Positions 36,216 through 45,844 of a stretch of 58,693 nt of DNA are shown here, one piece after another. Made by a program: the position numbers and the translations under genes. Each line of letters starts with the position of its first letter. Positions within the stretch are counted from its first letter, which is position 1. This stretch comes from a virus. The stretch covers positions 1-58,693 of IMG/VR virus record IMGVR_UViG_3300035698_012504; one strand, 5' to 3'. Under the pieces are notes generated by a model. It ran no database searches, was not told the origin of the DNA, and saw only the letters and a list, made by a program, of their open reading frames with translations.

Positions 36216-37487
36216 ATGACAAACGTTTTAGTATTTCCGTGTGGTAGTGAAATTGGATTAGAGATACATCGCGCACTTCAATATGAAAAAGATATAAGTC
36301 TATATGGGTTATCTAGTGTTGATGATCATGGAAAATATGTTTACGCTAATTATATCGATGGGATACCTTATGTATCAGATGAAGAATTTATACCAAAAAT
36401 AGTAGAAGTTATTAAAAAATATAAAATAGATGTTATTTTTCCTGCACATGATAGTGTCCTTTTAGAATTATCTAATCACGATCTACCATGTGAACTTATA
36501 GGGTCGTCATATAACACAAATTATATATGTAGAAGAAAAAGTGTATCTTATAATACATTCGAATATATGATGAATGTCCCAAAAATGTATAGTAGGGATT
36601 ATGTAAATTATAATGATTTCCCTATATTTTTAAAACCAGATATAGGGCAAGGATCAGTAGGCACGGTTCTAGTTAATAATAGGAAAGAATTGAATGCTGA
36701 ATTATATAAAGACTCATCTCTATTAATATTAGAGTATTTACCTGGAAAAGAATATACTGTAGATTGTTTCTCAGATAAAGATGGGGTATTGAAATTTTGT
36801 GGCTCCAGGGAAAGAAAGAGAATAAAGAATGGTATATCTGTTAACTCTTCTCCAGTACATAACGAAGAGTTTCAAAATATAGCAAAAATTATTCAAGAGA
36901 AATTAAAATTCATAGGGCCTTGGTTCTTTCAATTGAAAGAGAATAAGGATGGGTATTTATCTTTACTTGAGATTGCTTCGAGAATAAGCGGAACAATGGG
37001 ACTGAATAGAAATCTGGGTGTTAATTTTCCATTGTTAAGCATCCACGTTGCCCTTGGGCGGGATATAGATATTATTCCAAACACATATGATATTGAAGTA
37101 GATAGGGCATTGATTAGTAGATACGATATAGATATTGATTATGAAAATGTTTATGTGGATCTTGACGATACGTTAATAATCGATAAGAAAATAAATGAAT
37201 TCCTATTAGCTTTTTTATATCAATGTCAAAACAAAAATAAAAATATTTATTTAATATCAAAACATATTAAAGATCCATATATAACTCTTATGAATAAACA
37301 TATAGATTATAAATTCTTTAAAACAATCATTCATATAGAAACGACTGACAACAAATACAAATATATTAAACCCAATTCTATTTTTATAGATGATTCATTT
37401 GCAGAAAGAAGAGATGTGTATGAAAACTGCAATATTCCCACATTCTCTACAGATGGGGTAGAAGGGTTATTTGATTGGAGAAGATAA
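36216..37487 (+). CDS. ATP-grasp enzyme with a C-terminal HAD-like segment
   Basis: FLKPDIGQGSVGTVLV...LILEYLPGKEYTVDCF (ATP-grasp), and C-terminal YVDLDDTLII (HAD motif I, DxDxT). Confidence 0.5.
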   Translation: MTNVLVFPCGSEIGLEIHRALQYEKDISLYGLSSVDDHGKYVYANYIDGIPYVSDEEFIPKIVEVIKKYKIDVIFPAHDSVLLELSNHDLPCELIGSSYNTNYICRRKSVSYNTFEYMMNVPKMYSRDYVNYNDFPIFLKPDIGQGSVGTVLVNNRKELNAELYKDSSLLILEYLPGKEYTVDCFSDKDGVLKFCGSRERKRIKNGISVNSSPVHNEEFQNIAKIIQEKLKFIGPWFFQLKENKDGYLSLLEIASRISGTMGLNRNLGVNFPLLSIHVALGRDIDIIPNTYDIEVDRALISRYDIDIDYENVYVDLDDTLIIDKKINEFLLAFLYQCQNKNKNIYLISKHIKDPYITLMNKHIDYKFFKTIIHIETTDNKYKYIKPNSIFIDDSFAERRDVYENCNIPTFSTDGVEGLFDWRR

Positions 37488-37659
37488 TATGAATTATTTA
37501 TATTTGGTCTAAAAGCTTGAGGACAAAGTTTTAAACTATAACAATACTCAGCTTAAAAATTTAACAAAAACTGACATTAAAACAATTAACTCAGTTTTTA
37601 ATAATTATAAAAATGAGATGGATTTTTTTGGATATGTTAAAATATAATAGGAGAAGTAA

Positions 37660-38478
37660 ATGAAATCGATTAGCGACAAGTTATTAGAAAATTATTTTAA
37701 TAGTGGTGGTCTAGCTATACCCCAAAAACATTGGTTGAGAAATAAACCAATTGCACATAAAGGTTTATGGACACCAGATAATCCAAGTAATATTCCAGAG
37801 AATAGTCTTCCTGCAGTAGAAAATGCGATTAGACATAAATATGCAGTTGAAGTAGATATACAGTTATCATTAGATGGAGAATTAGTAGTATTTCATGACT
37901 TATTTTTAAATAAACTATGTGGAATAGGTGGGACAATTTCTCAATATACTCTGAAGCAATTAAAAGAATTCAAACTTTCAGAAACAGAATATACAATTCC
38001 AACATTAGAAGAAGTATTAGAACTTACATCTAAAAAAACACCCGTTCTTGTAGACATTAAAGGAGATGTTATGGGGAAGCAAGGAACTGCAAAATTATTG
38101 GCGCACGAGTTAAAAAATTATAAAGGGCATGCTGCCATGCATTCTTTTAACTTTAGTGACTTAAATTACTTCAAACGAGTTGCCCCCAATATTCTTAGGG
38201 GACAAATAATATCTGACTTCAATAAACAAGATGTATCGTTCATTCTTAAATTATTATTAAGAGGAGCAGCCAATTTATTTGAGGCCAAAGGAGATCCTCA
38301 TTTTATTTCATTGGATGTAAGGTCTAAAGTGCAAAGAATCATTAAGTCAGTATGGGCTAATAAAAGAGGCGGAGTAATATTGGCCTGGTTGGTTGATACT
38401 AAAACAATGGAAGCAGTATCAAGGGGATTTGCAGATAACATTATATTTGAAAGAATTAATCCCAAACAACCGTGGTAA
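37660..38478 (+). CDS. glycerophosphodiester phosphodiesterase (GDPD family)
   Basis: IAHKG...ENSLPAVENAIRHKYAVEVDIQLSLDGELVVFHD. Confidence 0.75.
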   Translation: MKSISDKLLENYFNSGGLAIPQKHWLRNKPIAHKGLWTPDNPSNIPENSLPAVENAIRHKYAVEVDIQLSLDGELVVFHDLFLNKLCGIGGTISQYTLKQLKEFKLSETEYTIPTLEEVLELTSKKTPVLVDIKGDVMGKQGTAKLLAHELKNYKGHAAMHSFNFSDLNYFKRVAPNILRGQIISDFNKQDVSFILKLLLRGAANLFEAKGDPHFISLDVRSKVQRIIKSVWANKRGGVILAWLVDTKTMEAVSRGFADNIIFERINPKQPW

Positions 38479-38495
38479 TAAAAACGAAAGGAACG

Positions 38496-39032
38496 ATGAT
38501 GTCAGTAGATTATAAAATGTTTGTAGCGATGGATGAAAATAATTTAATAGGAAAGAATGGACGCGCTCCATGGAATCTTGGGAAACATACGAAAAGATTC
38601 AAAGGCCTTACTGAAGGTAAAGCAATATTGATGGGAAGAAAAACTTTTGAATGTTTGGGAAATAAGCCCTTGGCAAAACGTGTTAACATAGTCATGTCTC
38701 GTGATCCAAATTACAAAGCACCTCAATATGTATATGTCGTTCACTCCCTAGAGGAAGTGGATGAGTTAGCTGAAAAAAACAATATAGGCGAAATTTTTGT
38801 TATTGGCGGTGCGGAGCTATATAGGTTATATTTTATGAAAGTGTCTAGATTATATATAACTAAAGTAAAAGATAAAATTGAACCAGGAAAAGATAGTGCC
38901 TACTTCGATTGGAATGCTGGAGCAGATGTATATAAGCATAGAATGTGGATAGAACTTAATAAGGATGAGTACGAAAAAGATGAAGAAAATACTCACGATT
39001 TTGAGCTTTTGGAAATGGAACCTTACGAGTAG
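38496..39032 (+). CDS. frd: dihydrofolate reductase
   Basis: MFVAMDENNLIGKNGRAPWNL...FKGLTEGKAILMGRKTFE and VIGGAELY. The start was moved to the ATGATG at 38496. Confidence 0.85.
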   Translation: MMSVDYKMFVAMDENNLIGKNGRAPWNLGKHTKRFKGLTEGKAILMGRKTFECLGNKPLAKRVNIVMSRDPNYKAPQYVYVVHSLEEVDELAEKNNIGEIFVIGGAELYRLYFMKVSRLYITKVKDKIEPGKDSAYFDWNAGADVYKHRMWIELNKDEYEKDEENTHDFELLEMEPYE

Positions 39033-39558
39033 AATTCTAAATAAAATTTTATATAGTGTGCTCGATATTATCAAATATGTGTTTATTAACAAACACAAAA
39101 AAATTGATTACTCTCAGCAACGATGGGATAGACACTATCTGAAGATGGCTAATTTTGTTGCAAGTAAGTCTAAAGATAATAGTACTCAAGTTGGTTGTGT
39201 TATTGTCGGCCCCTCGCATGAAGTAAGATCGACTGGGTATAATGGTATGCCTAGAGGCGTAGAAGATTCTATTAGTAAAGTTCCAAAAAGATTTGAGAGA
39301 CCAGAAAAGTATAAATGGTTTGAACATGCTGAACGAAATGCTGTTTATAATGCAGCTCGTTGTGGTACACCCCTCGAAGGATGTATAGCATACATAGAAT
39401 ATTTTCCTTGTACAGACTGTGCCAGATCATTAATTCAATCAGGTATAATTAGAATAGTGGTTACTCATCATCCAGACTTTGAAGAAAGATATGCTGAGGA
39501 AATGAAAACGTCTAAGGTAATGTTATATGAAGCAGGAGTAATTATAGATGTCTATTAG
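38965..39558 (+). CDS. cd: dCMP deaminase (start uncertain; overlaps the frd 3' end in another frame)
   Basis: W..HYLKMANFVASKSKDNSTQVGCVIVG and HAERNAVYNAARCG...YFPCTDCARSLIQSGI match the zinc-dependent CDA fold motifs HAE and PCxxC. Confidence 0.8.
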   Translation: MSTKKMKKILTILSFWKWNLTSRILNKILYSVLDIIKYVFINKHKKIDYSQQRWDRHYLKMANFVASKSKDNSTQVGCVIVGPSHEVRSTGYNGMPRGVEDSISKVPKRFERPEKYKWFEHAERNAVYNAARCGTPLEGCIAYIEYFPCTDCARSLIQSGIIRIVVTHHPDFEERYAEEMKTSKVMLYEAGVIIDVY

Positions 39559-40033
39559 TAATCAGTTTTTAAATGAGTTAAGCACCTCTGATTTCAGAGT
39601 TCTACCTGCCACAGAAGAACTAGTCAAAAAAGTATTTGATAATAAAATACATGCTGAAGATTATGTGAATATGTTGAAAGAGGGAGATACTGGAAAGTTT
39701 GTATTCAGTAATAAGAATGATGATTATATAGGACATATAATGGTTAAGGTTAATGAACACAAACACAGAGAATTATCAGTACTATTTATACAAAAGAAAT
39801 ATAGAAGAAGTGGATACGCCCAGTTCCTTATAAATCTATACCCAAAACTTCAAGTGTTATATACAGAGGTAGATAATAAAGAATCTCAACGATTGTATAC
39901 CAAACTCGGGTGGGTGAATAGTGGAATAAAAGGACATTTTGATTCTAAAAATTATGATCATATATGGATCTTATTTTATAAAAAGAAATATATAAAGATA
40001 AAAGAATTAGATGTGTATGAAAAAGGAGTTTAA
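39548..40033 (+). CDS. GNAT-family N-acetyltransferase (tentative)
   Basis: LFIQKKYRRSGYAQFLI matches motif A and QRLYTKLGW matches motif B. Confidence 0.45.
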   Translation: MSISNQFLNELSTSDFRVLPATEELVKKVFDNKIHAEDYVNMLKEGDTGKFVFSNKNDDYIGHIMVKVNEHKHRELSVLFIQKKYRRSGYAQFLINLYPKLQVLYTEVDNKESQRLYTKLGWVNSGIKGHFDSKNYDHIWILFYKKKYIKIKELDVYEKGV

Positions 40034-40554
40034 TGATGAAGCGGGATGTAATTGTTTTGAATAGCAACTATATGCCAATAAATTGTGTCGGTTGGAAAGA
40101 CGCAGTGAATTTGATTTTTAGAGGTATAGTTGAGCCAGTAGGAAACGCGGTATATAATATAAGAACCGTAGCTGAAGACTATCTACTTCCTAAGGTTGTG
40201 AGGTTGGTGAAGTTTGTGAATGTCATTTATAAACATAATTTACCATACTCTAAAAAACACGTATTAGTGAGAGATGGATTTAAGTGTCAGTATTGTGGAA
40301 GAAAGCATAAGAATTTGACTATCGATCATGTTCTGCCAAAGAGTAGAGGAGGCAAAGATGAATTCTTAAATACAGTTGCCGCATGTAGCCAATGTAATAG
40401 CTATAAAGGTGACAAGTTACCAGAAGAGATTAATTTACCTTTGATTAAGAAACCAACAGAACCAACGATAGCAGATTTTATTTTTTTGCGTTTAAAAAAC
40501 GCTGGAACATTAGAAGTACTTAGAGATGTTTTTGAACAAGTCTCAAACTCTTAA
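40033..40554 (+). CDS. HNH endonuclease
   Basis: CQYCGRKHKNLTIDHVLPKSRGGKDEFLNTVAACSQCNSYKGDK. Confidence 0.8.
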   Translation: MMKRDVIVLNSNYMPINCVGWKDAVNLIFRGIVEPVGNAVYNIRTVAEDYLLPKVVRLVKFVNVIYKHNLPYSKKHVLVRDGFKCQYCGRKHKNLTIDHVLPKSRGGKDEFLNTVAACSQCNSYKGDKLPEEINLPLIKKPTEPTIADFIFLRLKNAGTLEVLRDVFEQVSNS

Positions 40555-40572
40555 AGATAACCAGGAGAAAAT

Positions 40573-43500
40573 ATGACAAAAGTTGACATGAGTGATTGGG
40601 TTTTTCCAATCAGGGAAAAGTTTAATTTGACAGAGAATTTTTTAGATCAATATACAAACGAGCAACCTAATTGGGGACCAGTTGGAGCTATTACATATAA
40701 AAGAACGTATAGTCGATATATTGAAAAAGAAGATAGATATGAAGAATTTTGGGAGACTCTCAAACGAGTAGTGGAAGGATGTTATACAATTCAACTAAAT
40801 CATTGTAAAAATTTAAGATTGTATTGGAATGCACATAAAGCACAGAAATCTGCTCAAAAAATGTTTGAGTTGATGTGGAATTTTAAATTTCTTCCTCCAG
40901 GGAGAATGTTGTGGACCCTTGGAGAAGATGTTGTTTGGAAAAAAGGAGTAGCTGTTTTATTAAATTGTGGATTTTGTTCCACTGAAGATCTACATTATGA
41001 TTTTAGTGGACCTTTTTGTTGGTTAATGGACGTTGCTTTATTGGGGGTAGGGTGCGGATTCGATCTAAAAGGGGCAGGAAAAGTTAAAATTCAAGAACCT
41101 AAGGTTGGAGATTATGTTTTTACTATAGATGATAGTAGAGAAGGTTGGAGAGATGCTGTGGAAGTAGTATTAAACTCTTATGTTCATAAATCAAAAATGC
41201 CCAGAGAATTTGATTTTAGTAAAATAAGACCTAACGGAAGTTTTATAAAAACATTTGGAGGCATTGCTCCCGGACCAGGTCCATTAAAATTATGTATAGA
41301 AGAGATAAAACTGGTTCTTAATAAATGTGTAGATAAATATATTACATCTGTAAATATAGTTGATATTTTCAATATAGTTGGGAAATGTGTAGTAAGCGGT
41401 GGACAAAGAAGGTCTAGTGAAATAGCAATAGGAGAATATGATGATATTGATTTTTTGAATATGAAAAATCCTGAGAAATATGAAAAGGAATTAAAGGATT
41501 GGAGATGGAATTCAAACAATTCAGTATTTGCTGAAGTTGGTGCAGATTATACACAATTAACCAAGCACATTATTAATAACGGTGAACCAGGAATAGTGTA
41601 TTTAGATAATATGAGAAAGTATGGGAGGATAAAAGATGGAGAGAAATGGGAAGATGAGGGAGTTTGTGGATTAAATCCCTGTGCTGAAATGTCACTATCA
41701 AAATATGAAATGTGTTTATTGTGTGAAACATTTCCAGCTAATCATGAAAACGAAGAAGAATTTTTAGAAACTCTTAAATATGCTTATCTTTTAGCTAAAA
41801 GTGTTACATTAGTACCATCTCATGATGAACGCACAAATCAAGTTATGCTTAGAAATAGAAGAATTGGGTTATCTATGTCAGGAATAACAGATGCTATTTA
41901 TAAATTTGGTAGACGTAGGTTTCTTAATGAGTTTTGTGATTCTGGATATAATAATATTAGAAAACTGGATAAATTATATTCTAGGTGGTTATGTGTACCG
42001 AAAAGTATAAAAGTAACTACGACAAAACCGAGTGGTTGTAGACCGGGTAGATCGTTAACTTCGACAGATAGAGGGATTTTATCTCTAGATGAATTATTAG
42101 AAGAACATCCTGAAGATTTGGAGTGGAACAACGATCACAGTGATAGTTATGTATACCAGAAAAATAGTAAAAATAAAATATTAAGAACATATAGAAATAG
42201 TACTTCTAAAATAATTAAAATTAAAATGAACTACAATTTAGATTTTGAATGCACCCCGAATCATATGGTGTTTGTTAGTGAACATATGAATGCTAGTAGT
42301 GAAAAAGGAGGATATAAGAGAATAGACGTCAACAAATGGATATGTGCCAATGATGTTCGAGCTGGCGATATTATTCATATTAGTATGAATTCTTATAGAA
42401 AAAATATTTGTTCAAAACTATCCCATTCAGCAATACCAGATACTTTTATTGGTGCTCGTGGAAATATTATAACTCAACCTGAATATATGAATAATGATCT
42501 TGCTTGGATTATAGGATATTTATATGGAGACGGTTGTTTGAGTAGACATAAATTTAGAACTAGATTTATAGATGAGAATAAATATAATCTGGAAAAAGCA
42601 AAAAAAATAATATATGATTTATTTGGATTAGACTCTAATATAAAACCTGCAAGTCAAGATAGAAACGCGTTTGTGCTTGAAATTGGGTCTCGGCATCTTT
42701 GGGACTTTTGGAATATTAATGGAATAACTAAATATGATGAACAGGGCAATATATCGGTAATTCCAAGAATTGTAAGAGAATCATCTAAAGAAAATATTTT
42801 AGCATTTATTTCGGGATTAATTGATTCGGATGGTTGTGTATTTGTTCGTGACGGCGATGTGGGAATATGTATTTCAACCGCCTATGATAATTTTGCAAAA
42901 AATATACAAGAAGTTGGATTTTCTGTTGGATTATGTTTTGGAAGATCTTTGAATACAGAAGGGGAGAACAAACAAGAAATTAAACATATATGGAATTTAA
43001 CATTAAATTCCCACACAGATATTAATTCTCTCCATGTATTATTAAAAACATCCAATAAATTAATAAAAATAAATGACATGCGAAATCCACCACATGATAT
43101 ATCATTTAAGTGTCTGACTGAATCTCAAAATGTTTTAATTTTAGGTAAAGTAGTAAGTGTACATGAATTAGAAGGGTATGAAGAAACGTATGATTTAGAA
43201 GTCGATAAAGATCATTGGTATTATTCCGGAGGTATAAAAAGTCATAATACTGTATCATTATTACCAGGAAGTAATCCGGGTATTCATTTTCCACACTCAG
43301 AATATTATATTCGAAGAATAGAATTTCAAAAAAACTCTCCTTTTATTAAACCACTAGAAATTGCCGGATATAAAAAAGAGCAGTCTTATTATAAAAAAAA
43401 TTCGTGGATTTTTGAATTTCCAATAAGAACTAAAAATTTCTTTAAATCCAAGAGAGATATTACTATATGGGAACAAATGGCTCTTCACGCAGATATACAA

Positions 43501-43803
43501 CACTATTGGTCTGATAATGGTGTATCACAGACTGTAACATTTAACGAAAATGAATCTAATTCGATTAAAGATGTGTTAGAAGTATATGAAGACAAAATAA
43601 AAGCTGTATCATTTTTACCTCTTGATGTGAAATCATATAAACAAATGCCATATGAAGAAATTACAAAAGAAAAATATGAATTATATATATCAACCCTAAA
43701 ACCTTTAAAATTATCGAAGATAAAAATGACTAAAGAAGAAGAGATAGAATCAAAAGAAACGCTAAAATTCTGCGATAATGGTAGTTGTGAAATTAAAAAA
43801 TAG
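40573..43803 (+). CDS. ribonucleotide reductase (large monomeric, class II-like), interrupted in frame by an intein
   Basis: 1076-aa ORF. The extein has an RNR-like active-site region (GLNPCAE). A ~400-aa in-frame insertion carries the LAGLIDADG motifs. Confidence 0.75.
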   Translation: MTKVDMSDWVFPIREKFNLTENFLDQYTNEQPNWGPVGAITYKRTYSRYIEKEDRYEEFWETLKRVVEGCYTIQLNHCKNLRLYWNAHKAQKSAQKMFELMWNFKFLPPGRMLWTLGEDVVWKKGVAVLLNCGFCSTEDLHYDFSGPFCWLMDVALLGVGCGFDLKGAGKVKIQEPKVGDYVFTIDDSREGWRDAVEVVLNSYVHKSKMPREFDFSKIRPNGSFIKTFGGIAPGPGPLKLCIEEIKLVLNKCVDKYITSVNIVDIFNIVGKCVVSGGQRRSSEIAIGEYDDIDFLNMKNPEKYEKELKDWRWNSNNSVFAEVGADYTQLTKHIINNGEPGIVYLDNMRKYGRIKDGEKWEDEGVCGLNPCAEMSLSKYEMCLLCETFPANHENEEEFLETLKYAYLLAKSVTLVPSHDERTNQVMLRNRRIGLSMSGITDAIYKFGRRRFLNEFCDSGYNNIRKLDKLYSRWLCVPKSIKVTTTKPSGCRPGRSLTSTDRGILSLDELLEEHPEDLEWNNDHSDSYVYQKNSKNKILRTYRNSTSKIIKIKMNYNLDFECTPNHMVFVSEHMNASSEKGGYKRIDVNKWICANDVRAGDIIHISMNSYRKNICSKLSHSAIPDTFIGARGNIITQPEYMNNDLAWIIGYLYGDGCLSRHKFRTRFIDENKYNLEKAKKIIYDLFGLDSNIKPASQDRNAFVLEIGSRHLWDFWNINGITKYDEQGNISVIPRIVRESSKENILAFISGLIDSDGCVFVRDGDVGICISTAYDNFAKNIQEVGFSVGLCFGRSLNTEGENKQEIKHIWNLTLNSHTDINSLHVLLKTSNKLIKINDMRNPPHDISFKCLTESQNVLILGKVVSVHELEGYEETYDLEVDKDHWYYSGGIKSHNTVSLLPGSNPGIHFPHSEYYIRRIEFQKNSPFIKPLEIAGYKKEQSYYKKNSWIFEFPIRTKNFFKSKRDITIWEQMALHADIQHYWSDNGVSQTVTFNENESNSIKDVLEVYEDKIKAVSFLPLDVKSYKQMPYEEITKEKYELYISTLKPLKLSKIKMTKEEEIESKETLKFCDNGSCEIKK
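42052..43248 (+). mobile_element. intein with a LAGLIDADG homing-endonuclease domain inside the RNR gene
   Basis: Block A-like S-LTSTDRGI, block B TPNH, LAWIIGYLYGDGCL and ISGLIDSDGCVFV (two LAGLIDADG motifs), and C-terminal VHN|T. Boundaries are approximate. Confidence 0.6.
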
Positions 43804-43874
43804 TTTTTTTTAGTGAGGACAAATTAGTATAAGATAGTACCTCGTGTACAAATTAATTAAAAAGGAGAGAAACC

Positions 43875-43961
43875 ATGAGTGTTTTAGAAATTATCACAGC
43901 GATTATTAACTTTTTGTCAATGATACTGTCAATTCTAGCTGGGTTGGACATATCTATTTAA
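43875..43961 (+). CDS. possible 28-aa hydrophobic peptide
   Basis: AAAGGAGAG, then ATG. The peptide is MSVLEIITAIINFLSMILSILAGLDISI. Confidence 0.2.
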   Translation: MSVLEIITAIINFLSMILSILAGLDISI

Positions 43962-43962
43962 T

Positions 43963-44340
43963 ATGAACAGTTCTAAATCCTTTATAGAAGCGAATCTACG
44001 CAAGGTCGCAGCTGCTGAAGATAAGATGGGTGGGTTTAATAAAACTACTCAGTCTGATCAAATTACTATGAATATTAAGACGGCTATCAATCGACAATCT
44101 GATAGATTAAAAGTATGTAGTGGTAGAAGTAATCCTATTGCTAAACTAGAATGTGAGGTCAAGATATATAGACGGCTTGTCGGATTCATAGGAGGCCTAT
44201 CTGGGAAGTGTAATAGAGACGCTAATCCAGATAGATGTAAAGAAAAAGTTTTAAAGTTTAGAGATAATTATCAAGAAACTTTGAAACAACGTGAGTTGAA
44301 ATTAAATACTTTAAAAGAAAAGGCAAGGAAAGGTAACTAA
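43963..44340 (+). CDS. hypothetical basic protein
   Basis: 125-aa ORF. Confidence 0.45.
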   Translation: MNSSKSFIEANLRKVAAAEDKMGGFNKTTQSDQITMNIKTAINRQSDRLKVCSGRSNPIAKLECEVKIYRRLVGFIGGLSGKCNRDANPDRCKEKVLKFRDNYQETLKQRELKLNTLKEKARKGN

Positions 44341-44344
44341 CTTA

Positions 44345-45505
44345 ATGCCAGACCCTAAAAATATTCTCTCATTCAAACCACCTGGTGAGCTTGAAAAGAG
44401 AATAGATGAACAATGTCCAGACGAATTAAATGTTTATATCGATTTTAAAAATATTGCAACAGCTCTATACGTAGAGGACGTTGCAAAAGATATAGTCTTC
44501 AATTCTACAGGAACTAAATTTTTAGATAGCACTATATTTCAAGCAGTATTATATACTATTTCATGGTGGAAGAAGTATTCTAAGGAAAGAGGTCTAAAAT
44601 GTAATCTATATTTTTTCTCCGATTTTGGTAAATCGGCGTATCATAGAGAGATACATACAGGATATAAAGAAAATAGAGCTATCGCTAACCTCAAAGATCC
44701 AGAACTATATGAAGATTTATTTAAGATCAGAATGAAAAATTCTGAATTATCTGAGAAGGTAATTAATAAAATACCAGGATGTCATTTCTTTTATTTAAGC
44801 TATCTAGAATCTGATTTCGTACCATACTATCTGATAACTAGAAAGATAACTAATAAAAATGCTATAAATGTAATTTGTTCTAATGATAAGGATATGTTTC
44901 AAATTTTAGAAGAAGATAATATTGTTCAGATATATACCATGAGAGGCAATAGGCATTTAGTAGATAAAGATAATTGCCTAATTTCATATACGAAGCTCAG
45001 CAAATCGTCTGAGAAGATTCAACAAGATCTAATATATCAAATATCTAAATTGGAAATAGCTGATATACCTATGGTTATGGCACTCGTTGGAGATAAGAGT
45101 GATGACATTCCTGGCGTAAAAGGCATAGGTCCTAAGAATGCTGTTAGAATGATATCTGAATCAGATACAGTTGAAAAAACGATAGGATCTGGGCTTATAG
45201 ATAGAGTAGCAAGCGGAGGAAATGTATTTATAGATACAGACCCAGAGCATGCTACTTCTAAAAAATGGGAAGCAGCTTTAGAATCTAACGAAACTGTTAC
45301 TAAAGCTTATAAAATGATATCATATGAATGCTTATCTCGATGGTTGGAACTTAAAAATTCAATTGAGAAAATAAATTGGATTAAGTACATGGATGATATA
45401 CTGAATAAAAAAGATGACATTAATAAGAATTCATTTATAGACGCATTATCTAAGTTAGATGATATATATCTTGAGTTAGAAGATGTTGAAAATATTTTTA
45501 TATAG
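44345..45505 (+). CDS. rnh: 5'-3' exonuclease / flap endonuclease (T4 RNase H-like)
   Basis: ALVGDKSDDIPGVKGIGPKNAVRM matches the FEN H3TH motif, and the N-terminus has an acidic metal-site region. Confidence 0.7.
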   Translation: MPDPKNILSFKPPGELEKRIDEQCPDELNVYIDFKNIATALYVEDVAKDIVFNSTGTKFLDSTIFQAVLYTISWWKKYSKERGLKCNLYFFSDFGKSAYHREIHTGYKENRAIANLKDPELYEDLFKIRMKNSELSEKVINKIPGCHFFYLSYLESDFVPYYLITRKITNKNAINVICSNDKDMFQILEEDNIVQIYTMRGNRHLVDKDNCLISYTKLSKSSEKIQQDLIYQISKLEIADIPMVMALVGDKSDDIPGVKGIGPKNAVRMISESDTVEKTIGSGLIDRVASGGNVFIDTDPEHATSKKWEAALESNETVTKAYKMISYECLSRWLELKNSIEKINWIKYMDDILNKKDDINKNSFIDALSKLDDIYLELEDVENIFI

Positions 45506-45515
45506 GAGGATTATT

Positions 45516-45842
45516 ATGACTGGAAGAGATCTGTTGAATCAGTTACAAACTCATCCAGAGCTTCTTGACCAAGAAATAGATGGAATCTGGATCAAGCCTA
45601 AGTGTTACGAACGAGAAGGGTATAGAAGTAATACTTGTGTCTGCACAGGATATAAACTTTCTTATAATATTGGGGATCACCCTCTTGCTAGTATTTTCAA
45701 CTTCCGTCCGAGAATAATCGAGTTATTTAATACTCCTATTTTCGCTACACCTAAAACAGAAAACTCTATTGTAATAGGAGTAGATATCATTAGCCCATTG
45801 GACGAACCATCAGACTGGTTTGACGAACAAATAGGAACGTAA
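45516..45842 (+). CDS. hypothetical protein
   Basis: AGGAGG Shine-Dalgarno sequence, then ATG at 45516. The track's start at 45483 lies inside rnh. Confidence 0.4.
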   Translation: MTGRDLLNQLQTHPELLDQEIDGIWIKPKCYEREGYRSNTCVCTGYKLSYNIGDHPLASIFNFRPRIIELFNTPIFATPKTENSIVIGVDIISPLDEPSDWFDEQIGT

Positions 45843-45844
45843 AA

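Noticed and set aside
38965-39145. Trimming the dCMP deaminase start to the first ATG after the frd stop (39145)
   Set aside because: That would remove the conserved W..HY(L/F)(K/M)MA segment that aligns with the N-terminus of known dCMP deaminases. The true start must lie upstream, so the overlap with frd was retained, though the start codon is uncertain.
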